This document shows positions 15,326 through 45,549 of a stretch of 64,000 nt of DNA, piece by piece. Position 1 is the first letter of the stretch, and each line of letters opens with the position of its first letter. The notes under the pieces are model-generated. The model had not been told where the DNA came from. It searched no databases and saw nothing but the letters and a program-made list of their open reading frames with translations. The DNA comes from the human T2T-CHM13v2.0 reference genome, Homo sapiens. Made by a program: the position numbers and the translations under genes. The DNA lies in assembly GCF_009914755.1 (NCBI RefSeq), contig NC_060943.1; one strand, given 5' to 3'.

Positions 15326-15728
15326 TCCTGCTTTAATTCTGGAAAGCCTGTATGAATAATAATTGCTCTGGAACTCCGTCGGTGCCAGACTAACTATTCT
15401 AAGGTCTTGAGACTCATGAACTCATTTAAGCCTTTCTAGGATACAGGCTCCGTGATGGTCTATTCTACAGATGATGGAACTGGGGCATGGAGGCGAAGGC
15501 TCTTGCCCATGTTCTCATGGTAAGCAGATAACAGAAGTAAGATCCAAACCCAGCTGTGGAACCACCATGCTTAATTGCTGAGATATAGATGGAAGAAGAT
15601 GGAAAGGAAAGGGGGAAGGGAAGAAAGGAACAAGTAAAGGGTACACAGAGGGTGAAAAGGGCCGCAGCAGGGGTGGTGGCAGACCAAGACACACACACAC
15701 AGCTAATCCATCAGTCAATCAGCAAGCA

Positions 15729-15734
15729 TTTATT
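15729..15734 (-). terminator. PLA2G4C: PLA2G4C polyadenylation signal AATAAA (3'UTR about 500 nt)
   Basis: First AATAAA I found after the stop codon, followed on the minus strand by GT-rich tgtgtgtgtgtctt. Confidence 0.75.
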
Positions 15735-16203
15735 GAGCACTTGTTGTATTCTCAGAGCTCCACTTGGCTGTGGAGAGATAGCCCATGATTTAAGCCCAAG
15801 TTCTTACTTCTACAGAGCTAACTTGTGCAGAGCTACTGGCTAGAAGTGCAGTCATAAAGGAGCAGTGGAAGGCATTGGTCTGAACTATCACATTCATTCT
15901 GGCCATCTGGACATTGGACATGATGCTTCTGATTGTCAGACACTCATGCTCCAGCTCCAGGATCTCCCGAGGGACCTGCAGGACAAATTTCACCACCTTC
16001 AGCTCCTTGGACGCCTTCTTCTGAATGACGCTATCAAAATCACAGTCTAGCTGGTCACTGGTGATTGGCCCTGTTAGGACAGCCAAGGTGAACTCAAGGC
16101 CATGAAGCGTGTGGCTGAAGGGAGTGAAGAACAGGAAGGCCAGGTGGACATCAGGGCCCTAGTAGACCAACAGGCCCACAGTGCCCTGGAAGCTGAGGCT
16201 CAT

Positions 16204-16249
16204 CTATGCCAAGCAGCAACTTCGGGCACTATCCTTCGGGTAGTAGAGC
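16204..16249 (-). CDS. PLA2G4C: PLA2G4C exon 17 coding part (LYYPKDSARSCCLA-stop), C-terminal CAAX farnesylation box
   Basis: tttctccccag| acceptor, 46 nt ending TGC TGC TTG GCA TAG. Confidence 0.97.
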
Positions 16250-16656
16250 CTGGGGAGAAAGGAAAGTTAGAAGTTACCACTGTGCTTTGTAGGCAGTGTT
16301 GCACACTGGATAAGATTAGAAGACCTGGAAGCCTCTACAGGTCATACATGACTTAGGAGAAAGACATTCATCCATTCTTTCATTCATTGAGAAGACCTGG
16401 AGCTCCACCACCTCCTCCTGTGGAGCTCTTGTGATCTACTTTTACCACGTAAACGTTTATTTATCCAACACTACGCTTATTAAGCATGTATCAGGAGCTG
16501 GGCTAGGAGGTAACTCTTTGGCCTACATCGAATGTCATGATACCTGCCAGAATTCACAAGTTCTGATCTCTGTCCATCTCTCCAATCACATTTCATTCCG
16601 TGCTTCCCCTACCCTGATCCAGCAATAACAGCTTTCCTTCTGTTCCTCGAATAGAC

Positions 16657-18120
<1,464 letters not shown>

Positions 18121-18464
18121 ACAACCCCTCATTAGAAGACAGATGAGCAGCAAATAACCGCCCTGCCCCATGCCAGGCAGGGCTTTTGGGGAAACTCTCT
18201 GGGGAACATAGACTGGTCCAGAGGCCCAGAATGGCTTTCTCTTCCCTCTACCTTGCGACCCTGAGGTCATTGACCCAAACTGCTCCTCAGGGTGCTAATT
18301 ATCTCACCTAGGGACCAACCGCACAGGAGCTAGGGTGGGCCTTTGAAAAGGTGACTCAGATAAAGCTACTTCCCTGCTCAAAACTTAACAGCAGCTTCCC
18401 ACCATATTCAGAATAATATTCCAACTCTTCCCCTGGCTTCTGTCATCTGGTTGTGTCTGTGTCT

Positions 18465-20660
<2,196 letters not shown>

Positions 20661-20859
20661 CCTGCTTCACTCTTCAGAAAACCATTCACTCCTGACCCTG
20701 TTCATGGTCTGTCCCCTGCTGAGACGCAAGCTCAAGTAGGGGAGACACTGCCTATCTTTTTTCACCCATGCAACCCTCCTGCCTGTTGCAGAGAAAGTTC
20801 TCCAACAGATACTTACTGAACGAGCATAGGCATCAGAGCGACTATGGTCTCCCACCTAC

Positions 20860-21010
20860 CCGGCCACGTTCATCAACTCTCTAAGGATCTTCTTCTTGTT
20901 TTCCCTGACATTCTTCTTGGCTAATGCCAAGAGTAGCACCACCACATCTAGAGTGTAGGTGTCAGCAAGCTTGAATGTGTCGTATGTGTCACTCCATGCC
21001 TCAATATCAC
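20860..21010 (-). CDS. PLA2G4C: PLA2G4C exon 16 (GDIEAWSDTYDTF...LRELMNVAG)
   Basis: ttcag| acceptor, GG|gtaggtggg donor, 151 nt. Confidence 0.96.
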
Positions 21011-22014
21011 CTGAAGCATAACCAAACCAACAAAGAAAAGGCATCATGAGTTTGGACAATTAATTCTGCAGATTTTTGTCTATTTACATCAGGGCTTGGC
21101 AAACTACAGTTGTGGACCAAATCCAGTCGGCCCACTACTTTGGCTTTATAAATAAAGTTTTATTGACACATGAGGTTATGGATTTATCTATATTTTTATG
21201 ATCCATGCCCCTTCCGGTCCTTTTTTCTTTTCTTTTTTTTTTTTTTTTTTTGAGACAGAGGCTCACTCTTGTCTCCCAGGCTGGAGTCCAATGGCACAAT
21301 CTTGGGTGACTGTAACCTCCACCTCCTAGATTCAAGCGATTCTCCTGCCTCAGCCTCCCAAGTAGCTAGGATTACAGGCGTGCATCACCACGCCTGGCTA
21401 ATTTTTTGTATTTTTTAATAGAGACGGGGTTTCACCCTGTTGGCCAAGCTGGCCTTAAACTCCTGATCTCAGGTGATCTGCCCCGGCTTGGCGTCCCAAA
21501 GTGCTGGGATTACAGGCGTGAGCCACCGCGCCTGGCCCCCGCTTCCTGTCTTCTTTACTACTCTAGCCTGCCTCTCCTGGAACCACGGCTGATGCAGCAT
21601 AGGTAACCAATAAATGTTCGTTAAATGAAGGAAGAAAACAGACACAATTTATCCCTAATGGGAGTCTCATCGCAGGAGACACGATTGACAAGCTAAAAGG
21701 AGCCCACTGTGGGAAGTGGCACAATCAGGCCCCGGAGGACCACCCATCCTGGATGCTAGGCCTTCCAAGCAGCTGCTCACCTGAGACTGGATGAGGAATG
21801 TGGGATGCCCAGGTGGAAGGGGTTGGATATTCAGGTAGGACAAGAAGGCTGCAGAGAGAGGCAGCAACATGCATAAACATGCAAGACCGAGAGAGGCAGC
21901 CTGGCATCCTCCAGGCCCAAGGGTGGACAGGATGACTCACTCAACCATCAGATGTTGGAGCGTAACAAGATGTCCCCAGGGCACAGCACAGCTCCATTCG
22001 GCCTGGCCTGGTGG

Positions 22015-22707
<693 letters not shown>

Positions 22708-22741
22708 GGTGGCTTCTCACCTGCTCCTCCCCTGCACCTAC

Positions 22742-22913
22742 CTCCACAGGCATCTATGTTGAACAGGGGAAAATGCATCACCACTGGTCCAGTTTCTCCT
22801 TTCAGGATGTAGCAGCTGGCGGGGGCCTTGGACCACAAATCCAGCTCAGCCTCTTCTACTTGGGGAAAGGGGATCTTGTGGCGGCGGCAGTAATCAGTGG
22901 TAGCCCGGATGGT
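22742..22913 (-). CDS. PLA2G4C: PLA2G4C exon 15 (TIRATTDYCRRHKIPFP...VMHFPLFNIDACG)
   Basis: ctcag| acceptor, |gtagg donor, 172 nt; IPFP and HFPL motifs. Confidence 0.97.
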
Positions 22914-23247
22914 CTGAGAAGGAGGCAATAAGAAATGGTTGCAAGACCTCTCCAGAAGACCCCTCCAGAAGACCCCTGGGGCCTGGAGACCCAACGGGAC
23001 CTCAGCTAACAGCCCAGACACACAACAGAGCAAGGGTCAGCTTGGACAGGGACAACATCTTCTGTAAGGGAAAGAGTAAGCCTCTGCCATCACCCGCACT
23101 CCCCAGCCCACCTAGAGACAACATTCGCGAGGTTAGAGAGTAACCTTTGGGGCTGGGGGCTGCGGGACTCAGAGGGCAAGGAAAATGGTGCCTAGATGAG
23201 GCTTTGAATCCCAGCTCTGCCACAGAAAGATGTTGGAGACCTCATCT

Positions 23248-23286
<39 letters not shown>

Positions 23287-23538
23287 CAATTAGCCAGGCA
23301 TGGGGGCGTGCACCTGTAGCCCTAGCTACTCAGGAAGCTGAGATGGGAAGATCATTTGAGCCCAGGAGCCCAACGAGATATGTGGTATGGGTGCATCTCA
23401 TCACCTCTGCAAAGGATCTCTGTAATAGCCACCTCACAGGGGTATTTGGAAGATAAATGAGATATTCTCCATCATCACTGTGTAACAGAAATATAATGTC
23501 ACCGTGAAGGTACTTTTCTTTTCTTTTCTTATTTTTGA

Positions 23539-23691
<153 letters not shown>

Positions 23692-24119
23692 TAGTAGAGA
23701 CAGGGTTTCTCCATGTTGGTCAGGTTGGTGATCCTCAGGTGATCCGCTCGTCTCAGTCTCCCAAAGTGCTGGGATTACAGGCATGAGCCACCGCGCCCGG
23801 CCGTAAAGGTACTTTTCAATTGTCTACTTGCTGCACTTGAAGAAAGTAAAAAGAAGTAGGAGAAATTAATTTTAAAAATAAATATTAAATAAAGGTGACA
23901 CCATGGGGAAACTTAATGAGAAGTAGTTTCTCAGTTGTAACAAGTTTCATTTATTCTCTTTCCTGTGGCCTCCTTCCGTGCTGTCCTGAACCAGAGCAAA
24001 AGGACACTGCATGTCTCATTACTGTAGCACTGAGGTTACTAAACTTACATAAAACACATCTCAGTCTCTGTGTCTTAGAAAGGCATCTGTTAAGTCCTGC
24101 AAGCTGACTGACAAAACTA

Positions 24120-24497
<378 letters not shown>

Positions 24498-24523
24498 TCA
24501 GGAGATCGAGACCATCCTGGCTA

Positions 24524-24709
<186 letters not shown>

Positions 24710-25293
24710 TCAAAAAAAAAAAAAAAAAAAAAGATAAATGTATAAATGTGTTTCCAGGAACAGAAAACCAAATACTGCATGTTCTCACTTCTAAGTGGGA
24801 GCTGAATGATGAGAACACATGGACACACAGAGGAGAACAACACACACTGGGGCCTAGTGTTGGGTGGAGAGCGGGAGGAAGGAGAGGGTCAGCAGAAATA
24901 ACTAATGGGTACTAGGCTTAATACTGGGGCGATGAAATAATCGGTACAACAAATCCCCAGGACACAAGTTTACCTATGGAACAAACCTGTACTTGAACCC
25001 CTGAACTTAAAAGTTAAAAAAAGATCAGTGTGTTTGTGTTTTGCACACAAATGCAGAAGTTGCATAAGCATATGACTTCATAGTTGTGATCTCAAGAAAA
25101 AGGGCATTTCTCCTTTATCTTGTTCTTGCAGTTAACGTAAGAATATTTTAAATTTCTAAGTTTCTGAAGTGTTAGAGGAAGAGATGGCCCAGTAGAGATG
25201 TCGGAGTAATGTCTTATCCTTTTAACATGTGGTTATTTTTCCTTATGTACTCAAAGGTGGCTTCTTTATTCAGAGGAGTGATATTACAACTAG

Positions 25294-25693
<400 letters not shown>

Positions 25694-25696
25694 TGA

Positions 25697-26338
<642 letters not shown>

Positions 26339-26599
26339 TAAAACAGAAATATCATGAAGGTGCTTCATACCTGTATTACAGAGGAATTTACTGTCATAAG
26401 TACCTTCTAAAGATTTGACATTCAGCTGGGCACAGTGGCTCATGCCTATAATCCCAGCACTTTGGAAGGCTGAGGTGGGCGGATCACCTGAGGTCAGGAG
26501 TTCAAGACCAGCCTGGCCAAAATGGCAAAACCCCGTCTCTACTAAAAATACAGAAATTAGCCGGGCATGGTGGCGGGCGCCTGTAATCCCAGCTACTCA

Positions 26600-26728
<129 letters not shown>

Positions 26729-26941
26729 TCAACTATAGTAGCTACATGTTGGTTAGTTTCCTTATAAGCCCCATCATGGAAAGAATTAAAGATGAATTTG
26801 AGAAAAATGAAAAAAAACTTAGACAATCAGGTTCTGTTAAATTGTTACAGATATGTCTTGCTTAAATTTCTGTTTATTGGCCGGGCGTGGTGGCTCACGC
26901 CTGTAATCCCTGCACTTTGGGAGGCCGAGGCGGGCAGATCA

Positions 26942-27226
<285 letters not shown>

Positions 27227-27271
27227 TCATGCAATATGTCAAAAGTGTGATTGCCTCGATGTGTAATCAAT

Positions 27272-28125
<854 letters not shown>

Positions 28126-28976
28126 GTATGTCAATATACCAATTACGAATAAGGTCTTTGACATGCATTTTCCATACTCGGTCATTAAAATCCGAGGTGT
28201 ATTTTATCTTCATAGCACACTTCAACTTGGGCCAGGCACATTTCAAGTGCTCAAGTGCCACATGTGGCCGGCAACCACTGTAGTGGACAGCTTAGGTCTC
28301 TGAAGTCGTCTTTGATTGAAGTTTAACAAATGCTGCCGGTTTTCTTCCTATTACTCTTGCTATTCTCATCATCACCAGATAAGCATTGTTGTTAATCCAG
28401 AACACCAGCTATGGACCAGGCATGGTGCAGAGACTCTGCAGATCTCCTGCGAGCCAGATGATGTGATTCCCATTTTCAGGATGAGAAAACTGAGGTTCAG
28501 AGGTTAAGCCTATCGCTCGGGGTCATGCAGCAGAGATTTGGCAGAAAAGGACTCCCAAGACCTTGATATCTCATTCCACCTTTATCATATTGTCTTGGGA
28601 TATTTATTTCAGCAGAAATCCTAAGACCAGAAAGCCTGGGTATTCCTGGGCCAAGGGTCTAGAAAGATGGTGACAAGTTGGTTCTGGATCATGGTATGGG
28701 GAGGAGGATGGATGTTCCTAATTCATATTACAGAATGTAAACTGATAGAAGTGTGTGAATATAAATATATATTACATTACACATAAATATAATAGATGAT
28801 ATGTTTTACCATGATTATTTTATATATACTACTATGTATTGGTATGTATCATGTAATAGATATAGTTATATATTATGTAGGTGTATATATTTTTTAATAA
28901 AATAGCTGGGCAGGGCGGCTTGTGCCTGTAATCCTAGCCTTGGGTGGTGGGAGAATCGCTTGAGGCCAGGAGTTCA

Positions 28977-29471
<495 letters not shown>

Positions 29472-29887
29472 TCAGCAAACATTTATTGAGGGCCACTATT
29501 TGCCCAGGAAACCCAGATGAGCAGGAAGACACGCGCTCGGGGCTGGAGACGTGCACACCTGGGGAAGGAGGTGCACAGGTGAGGAGCTAGGCTGTTGCAG
29601 TTCAAACTGGTATGAATGGGCAGGCAGGACGCAGAAGCGGGGAGAGTCATCTGCCAGGAAGAGGGGCCCGGGAAGGTCTGGGATGGCTTTGGATCAGAAG
29701 TTCGTTGGATGTGGCCGACTGCGGGTGCTTCGGGAGCGATGGGTGAGTTGATTTGGCTCTCTGGACTTCCCAGCCAGCACCTCCCCATTGCCCGCTTCCC
29801 AGCCCGCGTCCTCAGTTCCTCCGCAAAGTCAGCTTCGCCGCAGCCCACCTCCCACCCAGGACCGGCCCCAAAGCCCTTCTCGATTAC

Positions 29888-30042
29888 CTCGAAAGGATCT
29901 CCGGCACTGAAGTCGAAGGAGAGGATGAGGTGAACCTCCCGCGTCGGGGGCAGCACGAGTGGGAAGGGAGTGTTGATGGCTAAACCAGCATCCACCAGGT
30001 GGAGGTGCTTCCGGCTGCTCATTATCTTGTCCCGGATGCCAC
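29888..30042 (-). CDS. PLA2G4C: PLA2G4C exon 14 with the catalytic Asp (LVDAG, D385) and LILSFDFS
   Basis: cacag| acceptor, |gtaat donor, 155 nt; cPLA2 DxG catalytic motif. Confidence 0.98.
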
Positions 30043-30237
30043 CTGTGGTGCCCAGGAAGAAAGAGGATCAGCTGCTTCTGGGGACTGAAAGCAAGACTTG
30101 TAAATGGAAGGCAGAGAGGGGGATGGGAAAATGATCGTTGTCAGTGTAGACAGCAGTTGTGAGGTTGCCAACTAGGAGCTGACTTCTCTCTCTTCCCAGA
30201 TTCATATGTTGAAGCCCTGGCTGGGTGCGGTGCCTCA

Positions 30238-30497
<260 letters not shown>

Positions 30498-30669
30498 TCA
30501 AATAAATAAACAAATAAACAGACAAACACATGTTGAAGCTCTTACCTCCAGTACCTCAGAATGTGACTGTATTTGGAGACAGGGTCTTTAAAGAGGTAAT
30601 TAAGGTAAAATGGGGTTTTTGGCGTGAAGTTCCAAATGAAGCTGCCTTCTCAGCAGCAATATGTGAGAG

Positions 30670-31410
30670 TGTTGTTAACCCAATGTTTCTGAGACAGGTC
30701 TCGGTCAGTGTAGAAAGTTTATTTTGCCAAGGTTAAGGATGCACAACCGTGACACAGCCTCAGGAGGTCATGATGACATGTGCCCAAGGCGGTTGGGGCA
30801 CAGCTTGGTTTAGACATTTTAGGAAGACCTGAGATGTCAATATATGTAAGATGAACACTGGTTCGGTCTGGAAAGGTGGGACAACTCAAAGCAGGGAGGG
30901 GGCTTCCAGGTCACAGGTAGATAAGAAGTGAATGGTTGCATTCTTTTTTTTTGAGAAGGAGTCTCGTTCTGTTGCCCAGGCGGGAGTGCAGTGGCGCAAT
31001 CTCCACTCACTGCAACCTCCACCTCCTGGCTTCAAGTGATTCTCTGCCTCAGCCTCCCAAGTAGCTGGGATTACAGGCACCCGCCACCATGCTGAGCTAA
31101 TTTTTGTATTTCTAGTAGAGACAGGGTTTCCCCATCTTGGCCAGGCTGGTCTTGAACTCCTGACCTCGTGATCTACCCGCTTCTGCCTCCCAAAGTGCTG
31201 GGATTACAGGCGTGAGCCACGGGCCGGCCAACATTCTTTAGAGTTTCCATTAGCCTTTCCAACTGGAGGCAATCAGATACGCATTTATCTCAGTGAGCAG
31301 AGGGTGACTTTGAATAGAATGGGAGGCAGGTTTGCCCTGGGCAGTTCCCAGCTTGACTTTTCCCTTTAACTTGGTGATTTTGGGGTCCCGAGATTTATTT
31401 TCCTTTCACA
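30670..31410 (-). mobile_element. MER4A1-like ERV1 LTR (with an Alu) inside an MLT1A host spanning about 30530-32885
   Basis: Reverse complement begins tgtgaaaggaaaataaatctcgggacccc. Confidence 0.78.
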
Positions 31411-31717
31411 GCGTAAACCAAAAATAAAATGATAAGCCCCTCCCCCCCACCCCCATCCCTCCCGTCCCCCCGCCAACACCCTCCCCAACTCCTACCCCCC
31501 CACAACACCACCCCAACCATCTGAATGAACCCTTCCTCTTGGCCAGGGCACCCCAGAGTTAACCTGAAAACCTAGTTCTGGCCGTGACAGGAAGGGAGGG
31601 TCAGACATGCCTCACGATGCCCTCCTCCCTTTGGGGATTTAAGGAAAGCTGACCAGCATTTAATATCCACCCAGAGCTTAAGTCTGACAAGAATCATTTA
31701 CAATCTATTCTCTCTGA

Positions 31718-32606
<889 letters not shown>

Positions 32607-32904
32607 ATCTGCATGATAAAACTTTGAAACATTCCAATAGAATGACTAGTGCTCTTCTAAGAAGAGGGGATTAGAACAGAGACACACATGGAGCAAAGAC
32701 CATACGAGGATATGAGAAGGTGGCTGTCTGCAAATCGCAGAGAGAGTCCTCAGAAAGAACTCACCCCACAGACAACTTGATTTTGGACTTCCAGCCTTGA
32801 GAACTGTGAGAAAATAAATGTCTGTCGTTTAAGTCACCCAGTCTGTGGGATTTTGTCACAGCAGCCTGAGCAGACTAAGACAGTACCTCTGGGAATGGTT
32901 CCTC

Positions 32905-34192
<1,288 letters not shown>

Positions 34193-34569
34193 CTCTCATA
34201 TATTGCTACTGAGAAAGCGACTTCATCCAACCCCTTCAGGGAGAAATTTGATGCTAAAACACTCATCGCCATGATCCAGTGACTTGATGCTTGATGGTGT
34301 ATTCCGAGGCCATAAGACCCGGCAGCTGCATGGCATGGTGCGCAGACACAGCTGAAGTCCTGTGTGCCTTGTAGGAAGCACCCCAGGAGAGGTGAGCAGG
34401 ACTGACATCCAGCCAGGGTTCCCTTCCCAGGCCACACACAGCCCTGGCCAGGGGGGCACATTTTGGAATTCACCCCCCTGGAAGATGCACCTTTTCTCGA
34501 TTTGCACAAGGGCAACAGGACCACAAACATAAAGATGTTCACGATAGTCTTGTAACAAAAGAGTGGGGA

Positions 34570-37955
<3,386 letters not shown>

Positions 37956-38319
37956 CCTGAGCAAGTTACTTAACATCTCTGTTCTCATCTGTAAAACCAG
38001 GAAGAGAGTAACACCTATCCCTTATAGATTTATGAAGAATAAGTAAGAGCCTGCCTATAGCACTTAGGATGTTGGGAGGATGGTTTAACATGTCAACTAG
38101 GCTGGGCCACAGTAACCAGTTATTTAATCAAACACTAGCCTAGATGTGGCTGTGAAGGTATTTTGTAGATGTGGTTGACAGCTAAAATCAGTTGACTTCA
38201 AGAAGATTATTCTCAGTAATGTGGCTGGGTCTCATCTACTCAGTTGAAGGCTTTGAGGGCAAAACAGTTTCTAGAGCAGAAGAAATTCTACCTCCAGACT
38301 GGAGCGTCAAATTCTGCCT

Positions 38320-38800
38320 CATGCATGCGTATGCTCATTGCAGCACTATTCACAATAGCAAAGACATGGAATCAACCAAATATACCCATCAATGGTAGAC
38401 TGGATAAAGAAAATGTGGCACATATACACCATGGAATACTATGCAGCCAGAAAAAGGAACAAGATCATGTCCTTTGCAGGGACAGGGATGGAGCTGGAAG
38501 CCATTATCCTCAGCAAACTAATGCAGGAACAGAAAACCAAACACCACATGTTCTCACTTATAAGTGGCAGCTGAATGATGAGAATATATGGACACAGGGA
38601 GGGGAACAACACACACTGGGGCCTGTTGAGGGGGCGGTGGGAGGGAAAACATCAGGGTAAACAGCTAATGCATGTGGGGCTTAATATCTAGGTGATGGGT
38701 TGATAAGTGCAGCAAACCACCATGGCATACGTTTACCTGGGTAACAAACCTGCATGTCCTGCACATGTATCCTCAAACTTTAAATTAAATTAAATTTTAA
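38320..38800 (+). mobile_element. L1PA 3' end inside an MLT2 LTR (about 38070-39035)
   Basis: ORF2 C-terminus WIKKMWHIYTMEYYAA and 3'UTR. Confidence 0.88.
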
Positions 38801-39168
38801 AAAATCCTGTCTCGGTTTCCGGCCTGTTGGCCTGCCCCATGGATTTTGGACTTGTCATCTTCACAATCCCATGAGCCAATTTGTTAAAATAAATATCTCT
38901 AGTTAGATAGATAGAGATAGATAGCTATAAATACATAGATATAGATGCATAGATTTGGGCAGACAGAGACATAGATAGGTAGATATAGATAGATAGATAT
39001 CTTATTGGCTCTGTTTCTCTGAAGAAACCTAACACATCCAGCAAATAGTAGGCACTTAATAAATATTAACTTCTACAAGAGTTTAGCAGCAGAAAAGCAA
39101 ATCACACCTACATTGCTTTGATAGCCCTTTAATATTTAACATGTTAAAGAAAACTAAATGTGGCCTGA

Positions 39169-41233
<2,065 letters not shown>

Positions 41234-41844
41234 CTCTCCATAGAAATTAGCCCAGTCGGGGATGGACTTGCCTGTGGTTGGCTTACCTGTCTATTCTCCA
41301 TCTCGTCCTCTAGACCATGAGTCCTCCAGGCAGGCACTTGGTCTGACATTTCCCCTTTGTCACCCCTACCCCCAGCCTGCTAGTAGGAGAGTTATTATTT
41401 CATGCTAATGACTCAAGACATCCTAGATGGATGGATGGCCGGTTGGGTGGATAGAGGGTGGGCGTATCAGTCCATTCTTGCATTACTATAAAGAAGTACC
41501 TGAGGTTGGATAATTTATAAAGAAAAGAGGTTTAATTGTCTCACAGTTCTGGATGCTGTACAGGAAGCGTGGTGCTGGCATCTGCTTCTGGTGGGGCCTC
41601 AGGAAGCTTCCAATCATGATGGAAAGTGAATGGGGAGCAGGCACATCACTTGCCGAGAGCAGGAGCAAGAGAGTGAGGGGGAAGGTGCCACACGCTTCTA
41701 AACAACCGTATCTCACATGAACTCAGAGCAAGCACTTACTAATCACCAAGAGGATGACGCTAAGCCATTCATGAGGGATCCGCCCCCATGATCCAATCAC
41801 CTCCCACCAGGCCCCACCTCCAACACTGGGGATTACATTTCTTT

Positions 41845-42470
41845 TTCTTTTAATTTAATTTAATTTAATTTAATTTTAAGTTCCGGGACACATGTGCAGG
41901 ACGTGTAGATTTGTTACACAGGTAAACATGTGCCATGGCGGTTTGCTGCACCTATCAACCCATCACATAGGTATTAAGCCCCACATGCATTAGCTAGTTT
42001 TCCTGGTGCTCTTCTTCTCCCCACCCGCCCCCAACAGGCCCCAGTGTGTGTTGTTCCCCTCCCTGCGTCCATGTGTTCTCATCATTCAGCTCCCACTTAT
42101 AAGTGAGAACATGTGGTGTTTGGTTTTCTGTTCCTGCAATAGTTTGCTGAGGATAATGACTTCCAGCTCCACCCATATCCCTGCAGAGGACATGATCTTG
42201 TTCCTTTTTCTGGCTGCATAGTATTCCATGGTGTATATGTGCCACATTTTCTTTATCCAGTCTATCACTGATGGGCATTTGGGTTGATTCCATGTCTTTG
42301 ATATTGTGAATAGTGCTGCAGTGAACATACATGTGCCTGTATCTTTCTAACAGAATGATTTACATTCCTTTGGGCATATACCCAGTAATGGGATTGCTGG
42401 GCCAAATAGTATTTCTGGATCTAGATCCTTGAGGAATTCCACACTGTCTCCTACAATGGTTGAACTAATT
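41845..42470 (-). mobile_element. L1PA 3' end inside an MST LTR (about 41465-42533)
   Basis: ORF2 C-terminus on the minus strand; the host LTR resumes at ggggattacatt. Confidence 0.88.
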
Positions 42471-42650
42471 TACATTGGGGGATTACATTCCAACATGAGA
42501 TGTGGAAGGGAACAAATATCCAAACTGTACCAGTGGGACATCTGGTCATGTCCCCTGCAGGACTGGCCCACAGGGGTGGGGAAGAGCAAGAGGGGGGAGA
42601 AGGTTGGTGGCACTTACTGTTGATGACACTTATCACACTACACATGGTAC

Positions 42651-42758
42651 CTTTCCTTTCGGGGTCCTCATGGGGCTGCTCCTGCTTTTCCAGGGAGGTC
42701 CTGGTCCAATTCTCGAGCATCTCAGTCAGCCAGGTGTGTTCAGGCTCACCGCCTTCAT
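42651..42758 (-). CDS. PLA2G4C: PLA2G4C exon 12 (DEGGEPEHTWLTEMLENWTRTSLEKQEQPHEDPERK)
   Basis: cgtag| acceptor, |gtacc donor, 108 nt. Confidence 0.96.
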
Positions 42759-42888
42759 CTACGTCAAGAAATCCAGGTGGTCTCAGACACTGTCCAAGTA
42801 CCCTACCAAGAACATCACAGACCCTGCTCTGCCTCATCTTCTGCAATGCCCTGCGGTTCCTCCTGAGGTGACCTCCTTCTCCAGGTGA

Positions 42889-44665
<1,777 letters not shown>

Positions 44666-45078
44666 AGACGCAAACAGCTTGGATGCCTAAGTCCCCACAT
44701 GGAGCCAAGTTGCCCTGGAGGAACACTCAACCCATATCGCTTTTTGGGTAAGCAAAATATAAACCCTTTGTGTCTTAAGCTATAGCAATTTGTGGTTTCT
44801 TTGCGCAGCATAGCCTCTCCTGAACAAATATAGTCTCCTCCATAATATAATCTAACTTCTCCATACAGAATTCATCTGATACTTTGTTCTTGTTCTCCGT
44901 ACTCCCACCATGGGTCAAGTCTGATTCCTTCATGACTCCCAACCTATGTAGTTTTGGGAAGTATTTTTCCTCTCAATTTGCTAATTGCCTCAGGCTGTTC
45001 CCATTTTCTGCCTCTGACACTTGGATCCTAGGCATACCTAGGGTATATCTGACGACTATGTACATGGATCCTATGGTT

Positions 45079-45460
45079 AGACTCATCCAAAAAGCTCCTA
45101 GGTCTAATGAATGAATTCAGTAGAGTTTCAGGATACAAAATCAATGTACACAAATCAGTAGCACTGCTATACACCAACAATGACCAAGCTGAGATTCAAA
45201 TCAAGAACTCAACCCCTTTTACAACAGCTGCAAAAAAATAAAATAAAATACTCAGGAATATACCTAACCAAGGAGGTGAAAGACTGCTACAAGGAAAACT
45301 ACAAAACACTGCTGAAAGAAATCATAGATGACACAAACAAATGGAAACACATCCCATGCTCATGGATGGGTAGAATCAATATTGTGAAAATGACCATACT
45401 GCCAAAAGCAATCTACAAGTCCAGTGTAATTCCTATCAAAATACTATCATTTTTCACAGA
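45079..45460 (+). repeat. 382-bp direct copy of the L1 ORF2 segment at 46356-46736
   Basis: Only 2 substitutions and one 1-nt indel; ORFs 45180 and 46456 translate identically over the shared part. Confidence 0.97.
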
Positions 45461-45549
45461 GTGTCAGTTTGAACTCCGATCCTGCCCCTCCTGGCTGCGT
45501 GGCCTCAGGCACCTGGGAGAGTCCATGCTCCTCTCCATTCCCAAAGGAG

